Below are positions 11,201-22,898 of a stretch of 64,000 bases of DNA, piece by piece (the first letter of the stretch is position 1; each line of letters opens with the position of its first letter). The notes below the pieces were generated by a model. The model was not told the origin of the DNA. It saw only the letters and a list, made by a program, of their open reading frames with translations, and made no database searches. Location of the stretch: positions 141,858 through 205,857 of the IMG/VR virus record IMGVR_UViG_3300046170_000519, one strand, 5' to 3'. Both the position numbers and the translations under genes were made by a program.

Positions 11201-14200
11201 TGAGTTTGTGTTTCAGTAAAGGTATTTGTTTCAGTCTGAGTCTGAGTTTCTGTCTCGGTCTGAGTCTGAGTTTGTGTTTCTGTCTCGGTCTGAGTCTGAG
11301 TTTGTGTTTCTGTCTCGGTCTGAGTTTCTGTCTCGGTCTGAGTCTGAGTTTCTGTCTCGGTCTGAGTCTGAGTTTGTGTTTCTGTCTCGGTCTGAGTCTG
11401 AGTTTCTGTCTCGGTCTGAGTCTGAGTTTGTGTTTCTGTTTCAGTCTGAGTTTGTGTTTCTGTCTCGGTCTGAGTCTGAGTCTGAGTTTCTGTTTCAGTC
11501 TGAGTCTGAGTTTCTGTCTCGGTCTGAGTCTGAGTTTCTGTTTCAGTCTGAGTCTGAGTTTCTGTCTCGGTCTGAGTCTGAGTTTCTGTCTCGGTCTGAG
11601 TCTGAGTTTCTGTCTCGGTCTGAGTCTGAGTTTCTGTCTCGGTCTGAGTCTGAGTTTCTGTCTCGGTCTGAGTCTGAGTTTCTGTCTCGGTCTGAGTCTG
11701 AGTTTCTGTCTCGGTCTGAGTCTGAGTTTGTGTTTCTGTCTCGGTCTGAGTCTGAGTTTGTGTTTCTGTCTCGGTCTGAGTCTGAGTCTGAGTTTGTGTT
11801 TCAGTCTGAGTCTGAGTTTCTGTCTCGGTCTGAGTCTGAGTCTGAGTTTGTGTTTCAGTCTGAGTCTGAGTTTCTGTTTCAGTAAAGGTATTTGTTTCAG
11901 TCTGAGTCTGAGTTTCTGTCTCGGTCTGAGTCTGAGTTTGTGTTTCTGTCTCGGTCTGAGTCTGAGTTTGTGTTTCTGTCTCGGTCTGAGTCTGAGTTTG
12001 TGTCTCGGTCTGAGTCTGAGTTTGTGTTTCTGTTTCAGTCTGAGTTTGTGTTTCTGTCTCGGTCTGAGTTTGAGTTTGTGTTTCTGTCTCGGTCTGAGTC
12101 TGAGTCTGAGTTTCTGTTTCAGTCTGAGTCTGAGTTTGTGTTTCTGTCTCGGTCTGAGTCTGAGTTTCTGTCTCGGTCTGAGTCTGAGTTTGTGTTTCTG
12201 TCTCGGTCTGAGTCTGAGTTTGTGTTTCTGTTTCAGTCTGAGTCTGAGTTTCAGTAAAGGTGTTTGTTCAGTCTGAGTCTGAGTTTGTGTCTCAGTCTGA
12301 GTCGCTGTTCAGTCTCTGTTTCAGTCTGAGTCTGAGTCTGAGTTTGTGTTTCATGTCTCGGTCTGAGTCTGAGTTTCTGTCTCGGTCTGAGTCTGAGTTT
12401 GTGTTTCTGTTTCAGTCTGAGTTTGTGTTTCTGTCTCTGTCTGAGTCTGAGTTTGTGTTTCAGTCTGAGTCTGAGTTTCTGTCTCGGTCTGAGTCTGAGT
12501 TTCTGTCTCGGTCTGAGTCTGAGTTTGTGTTTCAGTCTGAGTTTGTGTTTCTGTCTCGGTCTGAGTCTGAGTTTGTGTTTCAGTCTGAGTCTGAGTTTCT
12601 GTTTCAGTCTGAGTCTGAGTTTCTGTCTCGGTCTGAGTCTGAGTTTCTGTCTCGGTCTGAGTCTGAGTTTCTGTCTCGGTCTGAGTCTGAGTCTGAGTCT
12701 GAGTTTCTGTCTCGGTCTGAGTCTGAGTTTGTGTTTCAGTAAAGGTATTTGTTTCAGTCTGAGTCTGAGTTTCTGTTTCAGTCTGAGTCTGAGTCTGAGT
12801 TTGTGTTTCAGTAAAGGTATTTGTTTCAGTCTGAGTCTGAGTTTCTGTCTCGGTCTGAGTCTGAGTTTGTGTTTCTGTCTCGGTCTGAGTCTGAGTTTCT
12901 GTCTCGGTCTGAGTCTGAGTTTCTGTCTCGGTCTGAGTCTGAGTTTCTGTTTCAGTCTGAGTCTGAGTTTCTGTCTCGGTCTGAGTCTGAGTTTCTGTTT
13001 CAGTCTGAGTCTGAGTTTCTGTCTCGGTCTGAGTCTGAGTCTGAGTTTCTGTCTCGGTCTGAGTCTGAGTCTGAGTTTCTGTCTCGGTCTGAGTCTGAGT
13101 TTGTGTTTCAGTCTGAGTCTGAGTTTGTGTCTCGGTCTGAGTCTGAGTCTGAGTTTCTGTTTCAGTCTGAGTCTGAGTCTGAGTTTGTGTTTCAGTCTGA
13201 GTCTGAGTTTCTGTTTCAGTCTGAGTCTGAGTTTCTGTCTCGGTCTGAGTCTGAGTTTCTGTCTCGGTCTGAGTCTGAGTTTCTGTCTCGGTCTGAGTCT
13301 GAGTTTCTGTTTCAGTCTGAGTCTGAGTTTCTGTCTCGGTCTGAGTCTGAGTTTGTGTTTCAGTCTGAGTCTGAGTTTGTGTTTCAGTCTGAGTCTGAGT
13401 CTGAGTTTGTGTTTCTGTTTCAGTCTGAGTTTCTGTCTCGGTCTGAGTCTGAGTTTCTGTCTCGGTCTGAGTCTGAGTTTCTGTCTCGGTCTGAGTCTGA
13501 GTTTCTGTCTCGGTCTGAGTCTGAGTTTGTGTTTCTGTTTCAGTCTGAGTTTGTGTTTCTGTCTCGGTCTGAGTCTGAGTTTCTGTCTCGGTCTGAGTCT
13601 GAGTCTGAGTTTCTGTTTCAGTCTGAGTCTGAGTTTCTGTTTCAGTCTGAGTCTGAGTTTGTGTTTCAGTAAAGGTATTTGTTTCAGTCTGAGTCTGAGT
13701 TTCTGTCTCGGTCTGAGTCTGAGTTTGTGTTTCTGTCTCGGTCTGAGTCTGAGTTTGTGTTTCTGTCTCGGTCTGAGTCTGAGTTTGTGTTTCTGTCTCG
13801 GTCTGAGTCTGAGTTTGTGTTTCTGTCTCGGTCTGAGTCCGAGTTTGTGTTTCTGTTTCAGTCTGAGTTTCTGTCTCGGTCTGAGTTTCTGTCTCGGTCT
13901 GAGTCTGAGTTTGTGTTTCTGTCTCGGTCTGAGTCTGAGTTTCTGTCTCGGTCTGAGTCTGAGTTTGTGTTTCTGTTTCAGTCTGAGTTTGTGTTTCAGT
14001 CTGAGTCTGAGTTTCTGTCTCGGTCTGAGTCTGAGTTTGTGTTTCTGTTTCAGTCTGAGTTTGTGTTTCTGTCTCGGTCTGAGTCTGAGTTTCTGTCTCG
14101 GTCTGAGTCTGAGTTTGTGTTTCTGTTTCAGTCTGAGTTTGTGTTTCTGTCTCGGTCTGAGTCTGAGTTTCTGTCTCGGTCTGAGTCTGAGTTTGTGTTT

Positions 14201-17200
14201 CTGTTTCAGTCTGAGTTTGTGTTTCTGTCTCGGTCTGAGTCTGAGTCTGAGTTTCTGTCTCGGTCTGAGTCTGAGTTTCTGTTTCAGTCTGAGTCTGAGT
14301 TTCTGTCTCGGTCTGAGTCTGAGTCTGAGTTTCTGTCTCGGTCTGAGTCTGAGTTTCTGTCTCGGTCTGAGTTTGTGTTTCAGTCTGAGTCTCTGTTTCA
14401 GTCTCTGTTTCAGTCTGAGTCTGAGTTTGTGTTTCTGTCTCGGTCTGAGTCTGAGTTTCTGTCTCGGTCTGAGTCTGAGTTTGTGTTTCTGTTTCAGTCT
14501 GAGTTTGTGTTTCTGTCTCGGTCTGAGTCTGAGTTTCAGTAAAGGTATTTGTTTCAGTCTGAGTCTGAGTTTGTGTTTCTGTCTCGGTCTGAGTCTGAGT
14601 TTCTGTCTCGGTCTGAGTCTCAGTTTGTGTTTCTGTCTCGGTCTGAGTCTGAGTTTCTGTCTCGGTCTGAGTCTGAGTTTCTGTCTCGGTCTGAGTCTGA
14701 GTTTGTGTTTCTGTCTCGGTCTGAGTCTGAGTCTGAGTTTCTGTTTCAGTCTGAGTCTGAGTTTGTGTTTCTGTCTCGGTCTGAGTCTGAGTTTCAGTAA
14801 AGGTATTTGTTTCAGTCTGAGTCTGAGTCTGAGTTTGTGTTTCAGTAAAGGTATTTGTTTCAGTCTGAGTCTGAGTTTCTGTCTCGGTCTGAGTCTGAGT
14901 TTGTGTTTCTGTCTCGGTCTGAGTCTGAGTTTGTGTTTCTGTCTCGGTCTGAGTCTGAGTTTCTGTCTCGGTCTGAGTCTGAGTTTGTGTTTCTGTTTCA
15001 GTCTGAGTTTGTGTTTCTGTCTCGGTCTGAGTCTGAGTTTGTGTTTCTGTCTCGGTCTGAGTCTGAGTTTGTGTTTCTGTCTCGGTCTGAGTCTGAGTTT
15101 GTGTTTCAGTCTGAGTCTGAGTTTCTGTCTCGGTCTGAGTCTGAGTTTCTGTCTCGGTCTGAGTCTGAGTTTGTGTTTCAGTCTGAGTTTGTGTTTCTGT
15201 CTCGGTCTGAGTCTGAGTTTGTGTTTCAGTCTGAGTCTGAGTTTCTGTTTCAGTCTGAGTCTGAGTTTCTGTTTCAGTCTGAGTCTGAGTTTCTGTCTCG
15301 GTCTGAGTCTGAGTTTCTGTCTCGGTCTGAGTCTGAGTTTCTGTCTCGGTCTGAGTCTGAGTCTGAGTCTGAGTTTCTGTCTCGGTCTGAGTCTGAGTTT
15401 GTGTTTCAGTAAAGGTATTTGTTTCAGTCTGAGTCTGAGTTTCTGTTTCAGTCTGAGTCTGAGTCTGAGTTTGTGTTTCAGTAAAGGTATTTGTTTCAGT
15501 CTGAGTCTGAGTTTGTGTTTCTGTCTCGGTCTGAGTCTGAGTTTCTGTCTCGGTCTGAGTCTGAGTTTCTGTTTCAGTCTGAGTCTGAGTTTCTGTCTCG
15601 GTCTGAGTCTGAGTTTCTGTTTCAGTCTGAGTCTGAGTTTCTGTCTCGGTCTGAGTCTGAGTCTGAGTTTCTGTCTCGGTCTGAGTCTGAGTCTGAGTTT
15701 CTGTCTCGGTCTGAGTCTGAGTTTGTGTTTCAGTCTGAGTCTGAGTTTGTGTCTCGGTCTGAGTCTGAGTCTGAGTTTCTGTTTCAGTCTGAGTCTGAGT
15801 TTGTGTTTCAGTCTGAGTCTGAGTTTCTGTTTCAGTCTGAGTCTGAGTTTCTGTCTCGGTCTGAGTCTGAGTTTCTGTCTCGGTCTGAGTCTGAGTTTCT
15901 GTCTCGGTCTGAGTCTGAGTCTGAGTTTGTGTTTCAGTAAAGGTATTTGTTTCAGTCTGAGTCTGAGTTTCTGTTTCAGTCTGAGTCTGAGTTTCAGTAA
16001 AGGTATTTGTTTCAGTCTGAGTCTCTGTTTCAGTCTCTGTCTCGGTCTGAGTTTGTGTTTCAGTCTGAGTCTGAGTTTCTGTTTCAGTCTGAGTCTGAGT
16101 TTCTGTTTCAGTCTGAGTCTGAGTTTCAGTAAAGGTATTTGTTTCAGTCTGAGTCTGAGTTTGTGTTTCTGTCTCGGTCTGAGTCTGAGTTTGTGTTTCT
16201 GTCTCGGTCTGAGTCTGAGTCTGAGTTTCTGTTTCAGTCTGAGTCTGAGTTTGTGTTTCTGTCTCGGTCTGAGTCTGAGTTTCAGTAACTGAGTTTCTGT
16301 CTCGGTCTGAGTCTGAGTCTGAGTTTGTGTTTCAGTAAAGGTATTTGTTTCAGTCTGAGTCTGAGTTTCTGTCTCGGTCTGAGTCTGAGTTTGTGTTTCT
16401 GTCTCGGTCTGAGTCTGAGTTTGTGTTTCTGTCTCGGTCTGAGTCTGAGTTTGTGTTTCTGTCTCGGTCTGAGTCTGAGTTTGTGTTTCTGTCTCGGTCT
16501 GAGTCTGAGTTTGTGTTTCTGTCTCGGTCTGAGTCTGAGTTTCTGTCTCGGTCTGAGTCTGAGTTTGTGTTTCAGTCTGAGTTTGTGTTTCTGTCTCGGT
16601 CTGAGTTTGTGTTTCTGTCTCGGTCTGAGTCTGAGTTTCTGTCTCGGTCTGAGTCTGAGTTTGTGTTTCAGTCTGAGTCTGAGTTTGTGTTTCAGTCTGA
16701 GTCTGAGTTTGTGTTTCAGTCTGAGTCTGAGTTTGTGTTTCAGTCTGAGTCTGAGTTTCAGTAAAGGTATTTGTTTCAGTCTGAGTCTCTGTTTCAGTCT
16801 CTGTCTCGGTCTGAGTTTGTGTTTCAGTAAAGGTATTTGTTTCAGTCTGAGTCTGAGTTTCTGTCTCGGTCTGAGTCTGGGTTTCTGTCTCGGTCTGAGT
16901 CTGAGTTTCTGTTTCAGTCTGAGTCTGAGTTTGTGTTTCAGTCTGAGTCTGAGTTTCTGTTTCAGTCTGAGTCTGAGTTTCTGTTTCAGTCTGAGTCTGA
17001 GTTTCAGTAAAGGTATTTGTTTCAGTCTGAGTCTGAGTTTCTGTTTCAGTCTGAGTCTGAGTCTGAGTTTGTGTTTCAGTAAAGGTATTTGTTTCAGTCT
17101 GAGTCTGAGTTTGTGTTTCTGTCTCGGTCTGAGTCTGAGTTTCTGTCTCGGTCTGAGTCTGAGTTTCTGTTTCAGTCTGAGTCTGAGTTTCTGTCTCGGT

Positions 17201-20200
17201 CTGAGTCTGAGTTTCTGTTTCAGTCTGAGTCTGAGTTTCTGTCTCGGTCTGAGTCTGAGTCTGAGTTTCTGTCTCGGAGTCTGAGTCTGAGTTTCTGTCT
17301 CGGTCTGAGTCTGAGTTTGTGTTTCAGTCTGAGTCTGAGTTTGTGTCTCGGTCTGAGTCTGAGTCTGAGTTTCTGTTTCAGTCTGAGTCTGAGTTTGTGT
17401 TTCAGTCTGAGTCTGAGTTTCTGTTTCAGTCTGAGTCTGAGTTTCTGTCTCGGTCTGAGTCTGAGTTTCTGTCTCGGTCTGAGTCTGAGTTTCTGTCTCG
17501 GTCTGAGTCTGAGTCTGAGTTTGTGTTTCAGTAAAGGTATTTGTTTCAGTCTGAGTCTGAGTTTCTGTTTCAGTCTGAGTCTGAGTTTCAGTAAAGGTAT
17601 TTGTTTCAGTCTGAGTCTCTGTTTCAGTCTCTGTCTCGGTCTGAGTTTGTGTTTCAGTAAAGGTATTTGTTTCAGTCTGAGTCTGAGTTTCTGTCTCGGT
17701 CTGAGTCTGGGTTTCTGTCTCGGTCTGAGTCTGAGTTTCTGTTTCAGTCTGAGTCTGAGTTTGTGTTTCAGTCTGAGTCTGAGTTTCTGTTTCAGTCTGA
17801 GTCTGAGTTTCTGTTTCAGTCTGAGTCTGAGTTTCAGTAAAGGTATTTGTTTCAGTCTGAGTCTGAGTTTGTGTTTCAGTCTGAGTCTGAGTTTGTGTTT
17901 CAGTCTGAGTCTGAGTTTGTGTTTCAGTCTGAGTCTGAGTTTCTGTCTCGGTCTGAGTCTGAGTTTCTGTCTCGGTCTGAGTCTGAGTTTCTGTCTCGGT
18001 CTGAGTCTGAGTCTGAGTTTCTGTCTCGGTCTGAGTCTGAGTCTCTGTTTCAGTCTGAGTCTGAGTTTGTGTTTCAGTCTGAGTCTGAGTTTCTGTTTCA
18101 GTCTGAGTCTGAGTTTCTGTCTCGGTCTGAGTCTGAGTTTCTGTCTCGGTCTGAGTCTGAGTTTCTGTCTCGGTCTGAGTCTGAGTCTGAGTTTGTGTTT
18201 CAGTAAAGGTATTTGTTTCAGTCTGAGTCTGAGTTTCTGTCTCGGTCTGAGTCTGAGTTTGTGTTTCTGTCTCGGTCTGAGTCTGAGTTTGTGTTTCTGT
18301 CTCGGTCTGAGTCTGAGTTTGTGTTTCTGTCTCGGTCTGAGTCTGAGTTTGTGTTTCTGTCTCGGTCTGAGTCTGAGTTTCTGTCTCGGTCTGAGTCTGA
18401 GTTTGTGTTTCAGTCTGAGTTTGTGTTTCTGTCTCGGTCTGAGTTTGTGTTTCTGTCTCGGTCTGAGTCTGAGTTTCTGTCTCGGTCTGAGTCTGAGTTT
18501 GTGTTTCAGTCTGAGTCTGAGTTTGTGTTTCAGTCTGAGTCTGAGTTTGTGTTTCAGTCTGAGTCTGAGTTTGTGTTTCAGTCTGAGTCTGAGTTTCAGT
18601 AAAGGTATTTGTTTCAGTCTGAGTCTCTGTTTCAGTCTCTGTCTCGGTCTGAGTTTGTGTTTCAGTAAAGGTATTTGTTTCAGTCTGAGTCTGAGTTTCT
18701 GTCTCGGTCTGAGTCTGGGTTTCTGTCTCGGTCTGAGTCTGAGTTTCTGTTTCAGTCTGAGTCTGAGTTTGTGTTTCAGTCTGAGTCTGAGTTTCTGTTT
18801 CAGTCTGAGTCTGAGTTTCTGTTTCAGTCTGAGTCTGAGTTTCAGTAAAGGTATTTGTTTCAGTCTGAGTCTGAGTTTCTGTCTCGGTCTGAGTCTGAGT
18901 TTGTGTTTGAGTCTGAGTCTGAGTTTCTGTCTCGGTCTGAGTCTGAGTTTGTGTTTCAGTCTGAGTCTGAGTCTCTGTTTCAGTCTGAGTCTGAGTTTCT
19001 GTCTCGGTCTGAGTCTGGGTTTCTGTCTCGGTCTGAGTCTGAGTCTCTGTTTCAGTCTGAGTCTGAGTTTCTGTCTCGGTCTGAGTCTGAGTTTGTGTTT
19101 CTGTCTCGGTCTGAGTCTGAGTTTGTGTTTCTGTCTCGGTCTGAGTCTGAGTTTGTGTTTCTGTTTCAGTCTGAGTTTCTGTCTCGGTCTGAGTCTGAGT
19201 TTCTGTCTCGGTCTGAGTCTGAGTTTCTGTCTCGGTCTGAGTCTGAGTTTCTGTCTCGGTCTGAGTTTCTGTCTCGGTCTGAGTCTGAGTTTGTGTTTCT
19301 GTCTCGGTCTGAGTCTGAGTTTGTGTTTCGGTCTGAGTCTGAGTTTGTGTTTCTGTTTCAGTCTGAGTTTGTGTTTCAGTCTGAGTCTGAGTTTCTGTCT
19401 CGGTCTGAGTCTGAGTTTGTGTTTCTGTTTCAGTCTGAGTTTGTGTTTCTGTCTCGGTCTGAGTCTGAGTTTGTGTTTCTGTCTCGGTCTGAGTCTGAGT
19501 TTGTGTTTCTGTCTCGGTCTGAGTCTGAGTTTGTGTTTCTGTCTCGGTCTGAGTCTGAGTTTGTGTTTCTGTCTCGGTCTGAGTCTGAGTTTGTGTTTCT
19601 GTCTCGGTCTGAGTCCGAGTTTGTGTTTCTGTTTCAGTCTGAGTTTCTGTCTCGGTCTGAGTTTCTGTCTCGGTCTGAGTCTGAGTTTGTGTTTCTGTCT
19701 CGGTCTGAGTCTGAGTTTCTGTCTCGGTCTGAGTCTGAGTTTGTGTTTCTGTTTCAGTCTGAGTTTGTGTTTCAGTCTGAGTCTGAGTTTCTGTCTCGGT
19801 CTGAGTCTGAGTTTGTGTTTCTGTTTCAGTCTGAGTTTGTGTTTCTGTCTCGGTCTGAGTCTGAGTTTCTGTCTCGGTCTGAGTCTGAGTTTGTGTTTCT
19901 GTTTCAGTCTGAGTTTGTGTTTCTGTCTCGGTCTGAGTCTGAGTTTCTGTCTCGGTCTGAGTCTGAGTTTGTGTTTCTGTTTCAGTCTGAGTTTGTGTTT
20001 CTGTCTCGGTCTGAGTCTGAGTCTGAGTTTCTGTCTCGGTCTGAGTCTGAGTTTCTGTTTCAGTCTGAGTCTGAGTTTCTGTCTCGGTCTGAGTCTGAGT
20101 CTGAGTTTCTGTCTCGGTCTGAGTCTGAGTTTCTGTCTCGGTCTGAGTTTGTGTTTCAGTCTGAGTCTCTGTTTCAGTCTCTGTTTCAGTCTGAGTCTGA

Positions 20201-22887
20201 GTTTGTGTTTCTGTCTCGGTCTGAGTCTGAGTTTCTGTCTCGGTCTGAGTCTGAGTTTGTGTTTCTGTTTCAGTCTGAGTTTGTGTTTCTGTCTCGGTCT
20301 GAGTCTGAGTTTCAGTAAAGGTATTTGTTTCAGTCTGAGTCTGAGTTTGTGTTTCTGTCTCGGTCTGAGTCTGAGTTTCTGTCTCGGTCTGAGTCTCAGT
20401 TTGTGTTTCTGTCTCGGTCTGAGTCTGAGTTTCTGTCTCGGTCTGAGTCTGAGTTTGTGTTTCTGTCTCGGTCTGAGTCTGAGTTTGTGTTTCTGTCTCG
20501 GTCTGAGTCTGAGTTTGTGTTTCAGTCTGAGTCTGAGTTTCTGTCTCGGTCTGAGTCTGAGTTTCTGTCTCGGTCTGAGTCTGAGTTTGTGTTTCAGTCT
20601 GAGTTTGTGTTTCTGTCTCGGTCTGAGTCTGAGTTTGTGTTTCAGTCTGAGTCTGAGTTTCTGTTTCAGTCTGAGTCTGAGTTTCTGTTTCAGTCTGAGT
20701 CTGAGTTTCTGTCTCGGTCTGAGTCTGAGTTTCTGTCTCGGTCTGAGTCTGAGTTTCTGTCTCGGTCTGAGTCTGAGTCTGAGTCTGAGTTTCTGTCTCG
20801 GTCTGAGTCTGAGTTTGTGTTTCAGTAAAGGTATTTGTTTCAGTCTGAGTCTGAGTTTCTGTTTCAGTCTGAGTCTGAGTCTGAGTTTGTGTTTCAGTAA
20901 AGGTATTTGTTTCAGTCTGAGTCTGAGTTTCTGTCTCGGTCTGAGTCTGAGTTTCTGTCTCGGTCTGAGTCTGAGTTTCTGTCTCGGTCTGAGTCTGAGT
21001 CTGAGTCTGAGTTTCTGTCTCGGTCTGAGTCTGAGTTTGTGTTTCAGTAAAGGTATTTGTTTCAGTCTGAGTCTGAGTTTCTGTTTCAGTCTGAGTCTGA
21101 GTCTGAGTTTGTGTTTCAGTAAAGGTATTTGTTTCAGTCTGAGTCTGAGTTTCTGTCTCGGTCTGAGTCTGAGTTTGTGTTTCTGTCTCGGTCTGAGTCT
21201 GAGTTTCTGTCTCGGTCTGAGTCTGAGTTTCTGTTTCAGTCTGAGTCTGAGTTTCTGTCTCGGTCTGAGTCTGAGTTTCTGTTTCAGTCTGAGTCTGAGT
21301 TTCTGTCTCGGTCTGAGTCTGAGTCTGAGTTTCTGTCTCGGTCTGAGTCTGAGTCTGAGTTTCTGTCTCGGTCTGAGTCTGAGTTTGTGTTTCAGTCTGA
21401 GTCTGAGTTTGTGTCTCGGTCTGAGTCTGAGTCTGAGTTTCTGTTTCAGTCTGAGTCTGAGTTTCTGTTTCAGTCTGAGTCTGAGTTTCTGTCTCGGTCT
21501 GAGTCTGAGTTTCTGTCTCGGTCTGAGTCTGAGTTTCTGTCTCGGTCTGAGTCTGAGTCTGAGTTTCTGTCTCGGTCTGAGTCTGAGTCTGAGTTTGTGT
21601 TTCAGTCTGAGTCTGAGTTTCTGTTTCAGTCTGAGTCTGAGTCTGAGTTTGTGTTTCAGTAAAGGTATTTGTTTCAGTCTGAGTCTGAGTTTCTGTTTCA
21701 GTCTGAGTCTGAGTCTGAGTTTGTGTTTCAGTAAAGGTATTTGTTTCAGTCTGAGTCTGAGTTTCTGTCTCGGTCTGAGTCTGAGTCTGAGTTTCTGTTT
21801 CAGTCTGAGTCTGAGTTTCTGTCTCGGTCTGAGTCTGAGTTTCTGTTTCAGTCTGAGTCTGAGTTTCTGTCTCGGTCTGAGTCTGAGTTTCTGTCTCGGT
21901 CTGAGTCTGAGTTTCTGTCTCGGTCTGAGTCTGAGTTTCTGTCTCGGTCTGAGTCTGAGTTTGTGTTTCTGTTTCAGTCTGAGTTTGTGTTTCTGTCTCG
22001 GTCTGAGTCTGAGTTTGTGTTTCAGTCTGAGTCTGAGTTTGTGTTTCAGTCTGAGTCTGAGTTTGTGTTTCAGTCTGAGTCTGAGTTTCTGTCTCGGTCT
22101 GAGTCTGAGTTTCTGTCTCGGTCTGAGTCTGAGTTTCTGTCTCGGTCTGAGTCTGAGTCTGAGTTTCTGTCTCGGTCTGAGTCTGAGTCTGAGTTTCTGT
22201 TTCAGTCTGAGTCTGAGTTTGTGTTTCAGTCTGAGTCTGAGTTTCTGTTTCAGTCTGAGTCTGAGTCTGAGTTTCTGTTTCAGTCTGAGTCTGAGTTTCT
22301 GTCTCGGTCTGAGTCTGAGTCTGAGTTTCTGTCTCGGTCTGAGTCTGAGTTTGTGTTTCAGTCTGAGTCTGAGTTTCTGTTTCAGTCTGAGTCTGAGTCT
22401 GAGTTTGTGTTTCAGTAAAGGTATTTGTTTCAGTCTGAGTCTGAGTTTCTGTCTCGGTCTGAGTCTGAGTTTCTGTCTCGGTCTGAGTCTGAGTTTGTGT
22501 TTCTGTCTCGGTCTGAGTCTGAGTTTCTGTTTCAGTCTGAGTCTGAGTTTCTGTCTCGGTCTGAGTCTGAGTTTCTGTTTCAGTCTGAGTTTGTGTTTCT
22601 GTTTCAGTCTGAGTCTCTGTTTGAGTCTGAGTACCAGTTTCTGTTTCAGTAAATGTGCTTGTCTGAGTCTCCGTTTCAGTATAAGTTACTGTAGGAGTAT
22701 ATGTATATGTTTGAGTCTGAGTCTCCGTTTCAGTATAAGTTACTGTAGGAGTATATGTATATGTTTGAGTCTGAGTCTCCGTTTCAGTATAAGTTACTGT
22801 AGGAGTATATGTATATGTATCAGTATAAGTACTAGTTTCAGTCGGAGGAGACTGTATTAATTTTGAGCGTGCAAATACCGATAACAT
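2222..22887 (-). CDS. giant Thr-Gln/Thr-Glu repeat protein with Cys-rich C-terminal domain (about 6,900 codons; frameshifted as assembled)
   Basis: ATG 22887 opens [21 protein letters not shown]... into TQTE repeats. Manual translation shows the frame of the 319-aa ORF (2222-3181) is open upstream through ...[24 protein letters not shown]...[13 protein letters not shown]... into the repeats, up to about 7625. The TE frame changes at about 17278, 16289, 12353, 12309, 12268 and 7626. Confidence 0.65.
3625..22850. repeat. about 19.2-kb coding tandem-repeat array built from 6-nt units (plus strand tctgag, tttctg, tctcgg, tttgtg, tttcag) with higher-order blocks
   Basis: Directly visible. The array is punctuated by cagtaaaggtatttg (NTFTE on the coding strand). 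It has 30-nt TQTATETE-type units at 3640-4400 and three 54-nt units at 22660-22820. Confidence 0.97.
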
Positions 22888-22898
22888 AGTACATAGCC

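Noticed and set aside
22660-22820. Three 54-nt direct repeats as a CRISPR array
   Set aside because: They are contiguous with no unique spacers, in frame (18 codons), and there are no cas genes.
3836-22860. Very long plus-strand S/L/C/F ORFs (1263, 1622, 1297, 1923 aa) and dozens of FQSESEF ORFs
   Set aside because: They are antisense shadows of the T/Q/E repeat: they begin and end with the repeat or its frame breaks, use TTG/GTG starts, and have no unique domain. Only the minus-strand frame joins non-repetitive sequence at both ends.
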